Positions 1 to 9,096 of a stretch of DNA of 64,000 nucleotides are shown piece by piece. The DNA comes from Candidatus Bathyarchaeota archaeon (GTDB lineage Archaea > Thermoproteota > Bathyarchaeia > Bathyarchaeales > Bathycorpusculaceae), in assembly GCA_963828195.1 (NCBI GenBank), contig CAWHDT010000009.1, positions 32,001 through 96,000 of the forward strand, read 5' to 3'. The notes under the pieces were generated by a model. The model was not told the origin of the DNA. It made no database searches and was given only the letters and a program-made list of their open reading frames with translations. Made by a program: the position numbers and the translations under genes. Position 1 is the stretch's first letter; every line of letters begins with the position of its first letter.

Positions 1-461
1 CGGAAAGTTATGCCCTTTACGACATCAATTTTTGAGAAGTCAGATGGTTGCTTGGCCAACTCTACAATTGTTTCTTCTCCCTCGCCTCTTACGATGACAT
101 CGACTGATTTTTCGTCGTTGAGGATTTGTTTGTCGGCGAAGGTGGCGTGGGGACCTCCCATTACAACTTTGGCTTGGGGGCAAGCTTCTTTGGCGACACG
201 GGCGGATTTGAGGGCTGACTCTATCGTCGGCGTCATAGATCCGATTCCGACTATTGTAGGCTGGAAAGCCTCCAGTTCAGTTTTGAGTTTTTCATGGTTT
301 ATTTGGCATGCTGGGCAATCAAAAATTTTGACTTCAAAACCGTTTTGTTCAAGCACAGCCGCCATGTACGCTAAACCAAGCGGCGGAAAAAGCGGGTGAT
401 GAGCGACTCCTTCAATGAGTGGTGTAGTAACCAGCGCAATCTTGGTTTTGTTTGTCGTCAT
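1..461 (-). CDS. B12-binding domain radical SAM protein, N-terminal part (runs off the window)
   Basis: Manual translation from ATG 461: MTTNKTKIALVTTPL..PPLGLAYMAAVLEQNGFEVKIFD..VVMGGPHATF..VDVIVRGEGEETIVEL, typical cobalamin-binding module of class B radical SAM enzymes; not in ORF track. Confidence 0.85.
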   Translation of the reverse strand, partial: MTTNKTKIALVTTPLIEGVAHHPLFPPLGLAYMAAVLEQNGFEVKIFDCPACQINHEKLKTELEAFQPTIVGIGSMTPTIESALKSARVAKEACPQAKVVMGGPHATFADKQILNDEKSVDVIVRGEGEETIVELAKQPSDFSKIDVVKGITF

Positions 462-564
462 CAGTATACACGTTGACTAAGATTTCTTGAATGACTATTC
501 ATTCTGGTGCAATAGGCTTAGGCAATGTTGTTTTAAGATTTTAAGTTTATGCTAAACAAAAAAT

Positions 565-660
565 TCCAGCCAGAATCGGCTGAACAGGAGCTTAAGCCTG
601 TCGTTCAGAATGTTTTGAACAGGCCCGGTACCGCGGTGAGCGGATAAGTAGACCAGCTAA
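565..660. ncRNA. Candidate structured RNA (GC-rich, alternative hairpins)
   Basis: CAGCC/GGCTG, CTGAAC..GTTCAG and GCCTGT..ACAGGC pairings; T-run after it on the minus strand; no family recognised. Confidence 0.3.
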
Positions 661-674
661 CGTCGAAGAATTCC

Positions 675-897
675 CCCTAAACTAAGAAACCACTTCAAAG
701 CAAACCCTGAATCCAAGCAGCCTACCCTAGACCTACCCTATGAGGAGGTCTAGTATTTGTGCCAAAAAAACGCCACAAATATGGCATGCAGGAAGAAGAA
801 GAAGAAAAATTGTTTTCATCAGCTTCTTCTTCTTTTAAAAAAATGTTGCCGAGAAGAACAACAGTCGTTTTCCGGGTGTTGTTGTTCTTTTAAAATT
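675..897. repeat. Dispersed four-hairpin repeat element, most complete copy
   Basis: Hairpins CTAGACCT/AGGTCTAG, TATTTGTG/CACAAATA, GAAGAAGAAG/CTTCTTCTTC, AAGAACAACA/TGTTGTTCTT; homologous segments at 16404, 48356, 63860. Confidence 0.85.
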
Positions 898-3157
898 AAC
901 AATTAGAAATTGTTGGCTTCTGCCTCTTTTTATAAAGAACTATTGCTAACAGCGCTGTAGCCAATATTATTGCCACAGCCAAAATTGCTGAAATAAGAAC
1001 TGGGAATGGCATTGGATGAGATTGTGTGCTGACAAGAGAACCGAAAGCGTAGAGAAAATGGTTGTATGAACCAATGTAAACTACATTGTCAGCGATCGCT
1101 GGCGAAGAAACAACCATTGCGCCAGTTAAGTAGCTCCAGATGTAGGCGCCGTTCTCGGCGTTTAGGGCATAGACGTTTCCATCGTACGAGCCGACATAAA
1201 CAACTCCATCTGCAACAGCGGGCGACGAAGCCACTTCTCCTCCAGTCGCGAAGCTCCAAACTAGCTTGCCGTCGTCTGCGTTTAGGGCGTAAACTTTGTC
1301 GTCTGCTGAACCTACGTAAACTAACCCGTTTGCGATGGCGGGTGATGAAGCAACAGAGCCTCCTGTGGTGAAATTCCAGACAAGGCGCCCCGACGCGGCG
1401 TTTAAAGCATAAGTTTTGTTGTCGTATGAACCCACGTAGACTAAGCCGTTGGCGATTGCTGGAGAAGAAATAACGTAGCCTCCTGTAGCGTATTTCCAGA
1501 CAAGAGCGCCGGTGGCGGCATTCAAACAATAAATGTTGTCATCGTTTGACCCCACATATATTCTGCCGTTTGAGACGGCTGGAGAGGACACCGCGATAAC
1601 CCCGCCTGTAGTGTACTTCCAAATAAGGTCGCCGCTGGACGCTTTTAGGGCGTAAACGCTGTCGTCTTCTGAACCCACGTAAACTACGCCGTTATCCACT
1701 GCAGGGGAAGAAACAACGGGGCCGCCTGTTCTGTAGCTCCAAATGTACGCTCCTGTCGTAGCGTTTAGTGCGTAAACATTGTCGTCGTATGAACCGACAT
1801 AGACTACTCCGTCGGCAACGGCTGGCGAAGAAAACAGTATCATGCCGCCAGTCGCGTAGCTCCACACAACGCTGTTATGCATTTCCAGATTGAAACCCAC
1901 CATGCCCGTCGAAGCATTCAAAGCATACACCACGCCGTTATGAGAACCGACGTAGACTAAACCAGCTGCAACAGCAGGGGATGAATCTATTTCGCCACCA
2001 GTTGCGTAGCTCCAAACCAAGCCGCCGTCCAAAGCGTCTAAGGCGTAAATCTTGCCATCCCACGAACCAACATAAACTACACCTCCGGAAACAGCAGGAC
2101 GAGAAATCACTATGTCACCTGTCAGGTAGCTCCACAAGAGCTCCCCGTTTGCCTCATTTAACGCGTAAACTTTGTCATCTTCAGATCCAACAAAAACTGC
2201 TCCGTCGGCAACTGTCGGAGAAGACGCCACGCTGCCTCCTGTTGTGAATTTCCAAATAGAGCTGCCGTTTGACGCGTTTAAAGCGTAGACGTTTTGGTCA
2301 TCTGAGCCTACATAGACAACGCCGTTATCGACAGCTGGCGACGACTCTACTGGACCGCCCGTTTTATAGCTCCAAAAATAAGCCCCCGTCGTTGCGTTTA
2401 AAGCATAAACGTTGTCGTCGTCTGAGCCAACGTACACTATTCCATTTGCAAAGGCTGGGGAAGAAGCTACTTCAGCATTTGTGGTAAAGTTCCAGAGTAG
2501 TTCGCCGTCTGTAGCGTTTAAAGCGTAAATCTTTTGGTCTAATGAGCCGATGTACACTGTGTCTTGGTTTACTGTGACTGCGGCGGAGGACAACATGATT
2601 TGGGCGTTTGTTTGGTAGCTCCAAATGTATTGGCCTGTGGTGGCGTTCAAAGCGTAAACTTTGGTGTCTTCCGAGCCGAAGTAAACTACTCCGTTGGCGA
2701 CAACGGGATCTGAATCCACGTAGTATCCTGTGGTGTAATTCCACAGTTGGACACCGTCAGCAGCTTCAAAAGCGTAGAGATTGTGGTCTTCAGAACCTAC
2801 ATAAACTACGCCGTTAGCCACAGCAGGACGAGAAATAACAACGCCACCAGTGGTTGAATTCCAAATTAGCGCTCCGTTAGAGGCGTTAAAAGCGTAAATG
2901 TTGTGGTCATAGGAACCCACGTACACAACGCCCCCAAACACGTTGGCTGAACCAACTTGGCCGCCAGTGTTAAATTCCCATAGAGTTTCGTTTGTATCTG
3001 GAGCCGCCGTATTTGAATAGCCCGTGTGCGCAACAATATTGTGAAACATAGGCCAACCTGTGTTCAGCTGGACAGCTGCGGAAACAAAGCTCCCTGCGAC
3101 GCCTGCGGCTAAAAAAAGCACTATTAAGGTGAGACAAATAACGGTTTTTTCCTTCAT
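896..3157 (-). CDS. Membrane-anchored PQQ-like (BamB-type) beta-propeller repeat surface protein
   Basis: Signal peptide, ~16 ~40-aa repeats SSPAVADGVVYVGSxDxxVYALNAxTGxxxWxY, C-terminal TM plus basic tail. Confidence 0.9.
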   Translation of the reverse strand: MKEKTVICLTLIVLFLAAGVAGSFVSAAVQLNTGWPMFHNIVAHTGYSNTAAPDTNETLWEFNTGGQVGSANVFGGVVYVGSYDHNIYAFNASNGALIWNSTTGGVVISRPAVANGVVYVGSEDHNLYAFEAADGVQLWNYTTGYYVDSDPVVANGVVYFGSEDTKVYALNATTGQYIWSYQTNAQIMLSSAAVTVNQDTVYIGSLDQKIYALNATDGELLWNFTTNAEVASSPAFANGIVYVGSDDDNVYALNATTGAYFWSYKTGGPVESSPAVDNGVVYVGSDDQNVYALNASNGSSIWKFTTGGSVASSPTVADGAVFVGSEDDKVYALNEANGELLWSYLTGDIVISRPAVSGGVVYVGSWDGKIYALDALDGGLVWSYATGGEIDSSPAVAAGLVYVGSHNGVVYALNASTGMVGFNLEMHNSVVWSYATGGMILFSSPAVADGVVYVGSYDDNVYALNATTGAYIWSYRTGGPVVSSPAVDNGVVYVGSEDDSVYALKASSGDLIWKYTTGGVIAVSSPAVSNGRIYVGSNDDNIYCLNAATGALVWKYATGGYVISSPAIANGLVYVGSYDNKTYALNAASGRLVWNFTTGGSVASSPAIANGLVYVGSADDKVYALNADDGKLVWSFATGGEVASSPAVADGVVYVGSYDGNVYALNAENGAYIWSYLTGAMVVSSPAIADNVVYIGSYNHFLYAFGSLVSTQSHPMPFPVLISAILAVAIILATALLAIVLYKKRQKPTISNC

Positions 3158-3340
3158 CTTTTTCTCCTTGCAGCCTAGCTTGGCGTTTTTTGGGTTCTAG
3201 TGAATCGAGACAGAGGTTTAAACATACAGTTAAGCTGCAAGATGATAAATATTTAATTAAATTCTTCCCTCTTGTTGCCGCAATCCTGTAGGATTGATTC
3301 TTCAAAGGCATTTAAAGTCAAAAAGTGGTAGTCACAGCTC

Positions 3341-4702
3341 TTATGAATTGCGGAATTTTTCAAATTCCCGCTTGTACCCGCTCTGTTTCCAGATTAAATC
3401 GTAGGAGTTGTGTTCGGGGTCAAGCTTGTTGATTATCTCGGTGAAGTCGTCGGGGACAATTAGGATGAGGCAGAAATAGTCGCTGTAGAGTTTTCGGAAT
3501 CTTGATAGTTTGAACAGGAATTCTCTGAGGTAGTTTTTGACGCCGTGAGGTTCAAGCAAAACTTTTCGGCCATTGTTCGTTAATTGTGGCAGGAAAAAGT
3601 CTGGTTTGTAGGTTAATGACCGATCTGTTTTCGGGTTTTCTTTTGATAAACGGAACTCCATAAATTCATAGCTGAACGTCACTTGGTTGTTTTTTAGGAA
3701 GTCGTAGACGTCTTTTTCTAACCCAGTGAACGCTCCGGGCTTAAACGCTTCGCCGGCTTTGTTGTAGTGAGAAACAACCGTTAAGTACTGCATAAGCGGC
3801 TGAAGCAGCTCCTCGTATTTTTGGATGAAAAACCGCAGAGACCGCTCCAAAGAAACCTGGGTTAAATCAGAGTTTTCAAGCCATGTCCCCAAAATAAAGA
3901 ATGGAAAATCGACTTTGGCGGGGTCAGCTGGAAAAAGAGAGCGCGCAAAACCCGTTAACCTCTCTGCGTCTCCATCAAACTCTGCCGTGTCATTCCACCA
4001 GCTCTCCGGCGCGTTTTTAACGTTTAACTCAAAGGGCAAGTTCTCGTTATCGCTGAGCCCCAAAGCTGCATAGACTCTGAATTTAGGCGTGCTAAGCGGC
4101 ACCATCAAATCTTTTGGGTTAAAAGGGAAAAGCCCCAAGTCAGGGAAGCTTCGAGTCATCCAGCGCAGATAAAGCCATGACTTCGCCTTGTTTTGTTTAT
4201 TCATCCGTTTTACGGTGTACGAAAGCAGTTCAACGAAGTCTTTTGGCTTGTTTCCTTTTTGACTCAGCTCAGACGTGTACTTCATGAGGTCTCTTTGAGC
4301 TTTCTTTTCTACGAATGCGTTAACCGACGATAATATCTCTGGAATATCCTCTTTCGCTTCCCCCAGCTGATCCAATTTTTTGATTTCTTGCTCAAATTTG
4401 CGAATTTCAACTGAGAATTCAGCGGGATCCTTCGCAGTGTACATTTTAGAGCCGAGTTTAGAGTAAAGGTGGGAAAGCAGCATTCGAATGTTTCTTGGGT
4501 TCCCAGTTAACCTGTTGTCGCTGAGGGATGCAGCAAGCAAAAAATATTGGGCAGCCTCTCTTTTCGCCAAATCATTGTTCAGAGGCATGAACCATGGTTT
4601 AGGATTCAAGTAATGGTCCAGCTCTAAATCAGGGACGCTGCTGTAAATTTGAACGAACCGTGCGATTAGATCTCGTAAACCTTTTGGAACCTCTTGAGTC
4701 AT
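3341..4702 (-). CDS. DUF2400/TIGR02757-like (HhH-GPD-related) domain fused to C-terminal PD-(D/E)XK-like nuclease
   Basis: LYLRWMTR..DLGLF..PKDLMVPL motif; C-terminal YKPDFFL..VLLEPHG; likely start MTQEVPK at 4702. Confidence 0.55.
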   Translation of the reverse strand: MTQEVPKGLRDLIARFVQIYSSVPDLELDHYLNPKPWFMPLNNDLAKREAAQYFLLAASLSDNRLTGNPRNIRMLLSHLYSKLGSKMYTAKDPAEFSVEIRKFEQEIKKLDQLGEAKEDIPEILSSVNAFVEKKAQRDLMKYTSELSQKGNKPKDFVELLSYTVKRMNKQNKAKSWLYLRWMTRSFPDLGLFPFNPKDLMVPLSTPKFRVYAALGLSDNENLPFELNVKNAPESWWNDTAEFDGDAERLTGFARSLFPADPAKVDFPFFILGTWLENSDLTQVSLERSLRFFIQKYEELLQPLMQYLTVVSHYNKAGEAFKPGAFTGLEKDVYDFLKNNQVTFSYEFMEFRLSKENPKTDRSLTYKPDFFLPQLTNNGRKVLLEPHGVKNYLREFLFKLSRFRKLYSDYFCLILIVPDDFTEIINKLDPEHNSYDLIWKQSGYKREFEKFRNS

Positions 4703-4890
4703 GCTTCTAAATTTGGTTGCGCTTGTCTTAATACTTTGGGTTTGAAAAGCTGTTAACGAAAGAGAAAGTGTTAAAATTGCGCCCAATCAAATGGGTATCA
4801 CCATTTTTTCAGGACAGGGGACCTGTATTTTTGAGCCTAAAAAGATTTTTTTTAACAAAGATTAAGTACTATGGGCTTACCTATCTCGAA

Positions 4891-4971
4891 GCAGGAAGAG
4901 AGAGCGGGGCGAAAGACTTCAACCGACCACTTTACGAGAGGCTTGGTTGGTTCATCAGCCTTACGGCCTGC
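4891..4971 (+). ncRNA. Structured 5' leader / small RNA candidate
   Basis: GCAGG/CCTGC closing stem, GAAA-capped hairpin, AACCGACCA/TGGTTGGTT stem; begins ~25 nt after TATA-like ATTAAGTA (4861). Confidence 0.35.
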
Positions 4972-4997
4972 AAACAAAAAACGGGGGTACTACGGGG

Positions 4998-5225
4998 ATG
5001 TTTGCAAATTTGAAAGATGCATTTCACATTGTAGGGATTTCTTCGCTGTTTAGCGCTGTCTTTATGATGTGCTGGACTTTTTATGACATATCAACACAGG
5101 GCTACTTCATTCTTGGAGAAACTCACTTGCTGGTTCGTTGCTTTGAGTTTGGTTTAGTTGGTTTCAGCGTTATTTACGTTCTTTACTTACTTGTAGCGTT
5201 TGTCAAGAAAAGAGCGTTTGTCTAA
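4998..5225 (+). CDS. Small two-TM membrane protein
   Basis: ATG at 4998 after G-rich RBS; two hydrophobic segments. Confidence 0.6.
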   Translation: MFANLKDAFHIVGISSLFSAVFMMCWTFYDISTQGYFILGETHLLVRCFEFGLVGFSVIYVLYLLVAFVKKRAFV

Positions 5226-5458
5226 AATTTGAGAACTAGAAGCTCACAGTAAATGGAACAATGTTTCATTTGCTTGCTTCAGGCTGTAGTCACAATTCTA
5301 TATATGTTTCCATACAAAAAATGTAGTGAAAGGAATGACCTTTTTTTCGGTGTTATGAATGATAAAAACAGCTTTTTTTCTGCCAGAAATCGCAGTTAGT
5401 TTGCATAGTTCAAAGTCGGATTCTAAAGCGCTTGCGCTAAACTGGAGGTTAGAATAAC

Positions 5459-7363
5459 TTGCTTAAGAACAAAGTAGCCGCAAAACTTATGATCACCCTT
5501 CTTCTTGTCGGGGTGATTGCGGGAATCGGAGTCGTTGCATACCAATCTTCTTTTAGCCAGCAGACCTCCAAAGTCGTCTACGGTCAAACTCTTGTTCCGG
5601 TTCCAGGCGCTTCAGTATATGCTTCGGGCGATAACGGCGCGGGATCTGCGACAGCTGACTCTAATGGCAACTATGAAATAAGCAGTTATCTTGACACAGG
5701 CAGTTATTCAGTAACAGCTTCCGCGCCGGGTTTCCTTGACCAAACAATCAACGAAATTAACGTAACTTCAGGCGCTGAAACCACAAACGTCAACATAGAT
5801 CTCAGCGTCTCAGGCGGCATTTCAGGAACAGTAACTGATGCCACAACAGGCTTGCCATTAGCAGGAGTCTTTGTCACAGCTTTCAACGCAACAGATGGTT
5901 CAGGTGCCGAATATGCAATTACGGATTCGAATGGCAACTACCAAATTACTCAAAATCTTCCAAGCGGAACCTATAATGTAACTGTTGATTTTGCGACAGG
6001 ATATCTTTACACAACTGTGAGCGATGTCTCAGTTACTGCTGGTTCAATGACAAGCAACGTGAATTTTGCCCTTGCTCTCTCTGGAATAATCACTGGAACA
6101 GTAACAGATGCAACTACAGGCGCTCCCCTGCAAGGCATTAGTGTTGAGGCAATAAGCGATGATGAAGCGTATGCTGGATTTGCAATAACGAATTCTGCTG
6201 GACAATACACGATGAACACTAATTTGGCTTCAGACACTTACAACGTAACAGCAGATTTTCCGACAGGTTACATCACAAACATGGTTTCGGACATAGTAGT
6301 AACTGCTGGACAAACAGCTACAGCTAACATTGCACTTAGTCAATCGGGCGTCATCTCTGGAACAGTAACAAACATAGCCACTGGACAGCCCCTTGCAGTC
6401 GCATCCATTTACGTTTCTTCGTCATCGGGCGGTTTCGGCTTTGCAACAACCGACGCGTCAGGGAACTATATAGTTAACACTGATTTGACAACAGGAAGCT
6501 ACATTGTCGAAGCGTTCTATGGGACTTCTTTTGCAACTTACCCTACAGCTGTTAATGTTGTCGCAGGCCAAACGACGTCTAACATTAACTTCCAGCTTAC
6601 CGTCGCGCCTTCGGGAACGATAAATGGGCAAGTCACGAGTTCAACAGGTGGTCCAGTAATCGATGCATCTGTTAGCGTGCAAGGTCTCGGCGGCTCCAAC
6701 AGCAATGACACAGACATCAACGGCAACTACATCGTATCAAGCGATCTGGGAACCGGAACCTACTCAGTCACCGTTACGGCAACAGGATATGTCTCGCAAA
6801 CCCAAACTGGAATTTCAATCACAGTGAATCAAGTAACAGGCAACGTTAATTTTGTGTTGACTCCTGAACCTTCAGGAAGCATTTCGGGCCAAGTATTGTC
6901 CACACAAACCAACCCGTTCCCAACTCCTACACCAGCACCTACCCCGTCACCTACAATTGCGCCAACCCCAACCCCGTCCACGACTCCTGCGCCCACTGCA
7001 ACTCCCGCACCAACCCCGACACCTGCACCTACAACAACCCCGGCTCCCACTGCCACACCTGCCCCAACAGCAGCTCCAACAACCGCGCCATACCAAACAA
7101 CCACACCTGTAACATCGCCAACCGCCGCTCCAACCACGGCACCCACAACCGCGCCAACAACTCACCCATCAGCTACACCAACACCCACTGCTAAGCCAAC
7201 ATCAAAACCAACGGTTGCCCCCTCCACGACGCCAGTATCCTCTTCAGGCATACCACAAGGGTACGTCTATGGACTAGTTGTTGTCGTAATTATAATCGTA
7301 ATCATTGCAGCCGTGCTTACGCTAAGATGGCGTGGAACAAGAAAAAGCAAAGTACAACCATGA
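5459..7363 (+). CDS. Surface glycoprotein with ~5 carboxypeptidase-regulatory-like (beta-sandwich) repeats, Pro/Thr linker and C-terminal anchor
   Basis: Repeats SGxISGTVTDATTGxPLxG..TDSNGNY..LxxGTYNVT; PTPAPT tract; terminal TM; GGAGG RBS. Confidence 0.85.
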   Translation: MLKNKVAAKLMITLLLVGVIAGIGVVAYQSSFSQQTSKVVYGQTLVPVPGASVYASGDNGAGSATADSNGNYEISSYLDTGSYSVTASAPGFLDQTINEINVTSGAETTNVNIDLSVSGGISGTVTDATTGLPLAGVFVTAFNATDGSGAEYAITDSNGNYQITQNLPSGTYNVTVDFATGYLYTTVSDVSVTAGSMTSNVNFALALSGIITGTVTDATTGAPLQGISVEAISDDEAYAGFAITNSAGQYTMNTNLASDTYNVTADFPTGYITNMVSDIVVTAGQTATANIALSQSGVISGTVTNIATGQPLAVASIYVSSSSGGFGFATTDASGNYIVNTDLTTGSYIVEAFYGTSFATYPTAVNVVAGQTTSNINFQLTVAPSGTINGQVTSSTGGPVIDASVSVQGLGGSNSNDTDINGNYIVSSDLGTGTYSVTVTATGYVSQTQTGISITVNQVTGNVNFVLTPEPSGSISGQVLSTQTNPFPTPTPAPTPSPTIAPTPTPSTTPAPTATPAPTPTPAPTTTPAPTATPAPTAAPTTAPYQTTTPVTSPTAAPTTAPTTAPTTHPSATPTPTAKPTSKPTVAPSTTPVSSSGIPQGYVYGLVVVVIIIVIIAAVLTLRWRGTRKSKVQP

Positions 7364-7638
7364 ATTAGGCAAACAGCAAAAATTCCCCTTTCTTTTTTTG
7401 TTAAAAGCAACTAAATACAATCTGAGACTTTTGTGTTCCGTTTCTCTTCAGTTTCCCTAAACCAAATGTTTTATACGAGTCAGCCTTAAACCATCCTTTT
7501 TTAAAGGTTTTTTTTCGTGAATACGCAAACGAGGATCTTTCACGATTCAAAGCATTGATAAATAAGGCGTACAGTAGTTTATCGCCGAATTTTAAAATAG
7601 AAAAACTCGCCTCGGAGAAAAACTCTGTTTAAGCGGTG

Positions 7639-7743
7639 TTAGGCACATAGGGGCAAATCGTAATGTTTGTGGGCATGCAAATCTAGTTCTTTGCTTTCCC
7701 TAAAATTTGAGCCGCACCACGGGCACTCAAAATGTTCTTTCAT
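7639..7743 (-). CDS. 34-aa C2H2 zinc-finger microprotein
   Basis: MKEHFECPWCGSNFRESKELDLHAHKHYDLPLCA: C-x2-C-x3-F-x5-L-x2-H-x3-H; dyad motif and TATA upstream; below ORF-track cutoff. Confidence 0.7.
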   Translation of the reverse strand: MKEHFECPWCGSNFRESKELDLHAHKHYDLPLCA

Positions 7744-7792
7744 AACACTTGCATCTATCAAACAAGTTAGCTTTATTTTGTTTTTAAGTTTA

Positions 7793-7816
7793 TGTGGGTG
7801 GCAATCCGATACAACA
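7793..7816 (-). promoter_or_regulatory. 24-bp dyad regulon site
   Basis: TGTTGTAT-N8-CACCCACA-taaac-TTAAAA. Confidence 0.6.
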
Positions 7817-7962
7817 CCTTTAAAGCAAAATGCGACGTTTTCACATTTTTTTTGTTATAATGCAGATTATTCCAGCTACCAGCAACAAAGCCGTCAATAT
7901 CACTGTCGAAGCGGCAAAAACACCAGTAGCCCGCAAGCTACCGTGGTTCTATGCATCCGCAA

Positions 7963-9096
7963 TCAGGTTGCTTGTTGATTTTCACTTTTATTATTGTGCA
8001 GTTCTGAAAGTCTTAGGAGCGTTTCCTTGTAAACCGCAATCGCTTCTAAATATTCGTTTACTTCAATGTGCTCGTCTAAGGTATGGTCTAGATGTGAGTC
8101 GCCTGGTCCATAGGTGACTATTGGCAGGTTCATGGCTTTGCCTAGAATATTCATGTCGCCTGTTCCAGTTTTATGCAAAAGCGTTGCTGGTTTATTTAGG
8201 ACTTTACGAACCGAAGATGACAATACATGGACGAGCGGCGATGTCTTGTTAACTTCAAACGGCTCAACGGTGTCGAGAACAGTTGCTTTGACGAATACAT
8301 TCGGGTTGGCAACATGATACTTCGTAATTATCTTCTCTATCTGCTCAAAAACCTGAGCGGTCGAAAACTGAATTGGCACTCTGACATCAAGATTCATTTC
8401 CACTTCAAAAGGAACAACAGAAGTCGCTCTTCCCCCCACAACTTTAACCAAACACGCCGTCACAGCATTATACGGGCTGGCTGAGGGATCCAGCGACGGA
8501 TACGAGGAAGCATTTTTGATTTGCTCCCAGAGCTCATAAGCCTTCTCCAGGGCGTTGTCAAACATCCATGGCGTGGACGAATGTCCCGTCTCAGTTTTGC
8601 ACACGATTTTAAGTTGGATTTGCCCTTTATAGCCGACAGTTACGTTTTCAACGCCGCTGGGTTCACCGAAAATCGCGTAGTTAGCCTTAATCCCCTGAGT
8701 AATCAGATGTTTAACGCCTCTGCTGGTTGCTTCTTCTTCCACAACGGCAGCGACCAGAATTTCACCCTTAAACCCTGGCTCTTTAGCTGCGGCAACTGCA
8801 GCCATAATCATTGCGGCAAGCGGACCCTTAGCGTCCACAGCGCCCCGAGCATAGATTTTGCCTTCCTCAATCCGAAGCGGTAGATGCCCAGCTACAGTAT
8901 CCATGTGCCCACACAATAAGATGACAGGTTCGCCTTCACCGACAACGCCTATGACGTTTCCCATTGCGTCTTTGCCAACCTCAAAACCCATCCTTTTCAT
9001 TTCAACCTCTAAAAAGTTGGCTGCATCCTCTTCTTTTCCTGAAGGGCTGTAAATGCCCAAAAGGTTAGTTAGAAATCGTACCGCTTGCTCGCTCAT
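7963..9096 (-). CDS. lysK: [LysW]-lysine/[LysW]-ornithine hydrolase (M20 family)
   Basis: GHMDTV, RGAVDAKG, EEE, GEPS, HT.DEHI motifs; operon context. Confidence 0.9.
   Translation of the reverse strand: MSEQAVRFLTNLLGIYSPSGKEEDAANFLEVEMKRMGFEVGKDAMGNVIGVVGEGEPVILLCGHMDTVAGHLPLRIEEGKIYARGAVDAKGPLAAMIMAAVAAAKEPGFKGEILVAAVVEEEATSRGVKHLITQGIKANYAIFGEPSGVENVTVGYKGQIQLKIVCKTETGHSSTPWMFDNALEKAYELWEQIKNASSYPSLDPSASPYNAVTACLVKVVGGRATSVVPFEVEMNLDVRVPIQFSTAQVFEQIEKIITKYHVANPNVFVKATVLDTVEPFEVNKTSPLVHVLSSSVRKVLNKPATLLHKTGTGDMNILGKAMNLPIVTYGPGDSHLDHTLDEHIEVNEYLEAIAVYKETLLRLSELHNNKSENQQAT

Noticed and set aside
10-399. Plus-strand 129-aa ORF
   Set aside because: Antisense shadow of the minus-strand radical SAM gene
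565-635. Faint resemblance of the minus strand to 5S rRNA (GAAC..TTAAGCTCC)
   Set aside because: Helix I and domain gamma cannot be formed; conserved loops do not match
896-3000. ~120-bp periodic DNA repeats as a possible CRISPR or DGR
   Set aside because: Explained by beta-propeller blade repeats; no reverse transcriptase or template repeat
3313-3340. TAGTCACA half-site of the regulon motif
   Set aside because: No left half, wrong spacing to TATA, and it points antisense into a gene end
4915-4960. Possible hammerhead ribozyme on the minus strand (CTGATGA plus stem)
   Set aside because: No correctly placed GAAA or stem III/cleavage triplet; G-U pairs favour the plus strand
6915-7230. C/A-rich tandem-like repeats and antisense GVGAG ORFs
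   Set aside because: Pro/Thr linker of the surface protein
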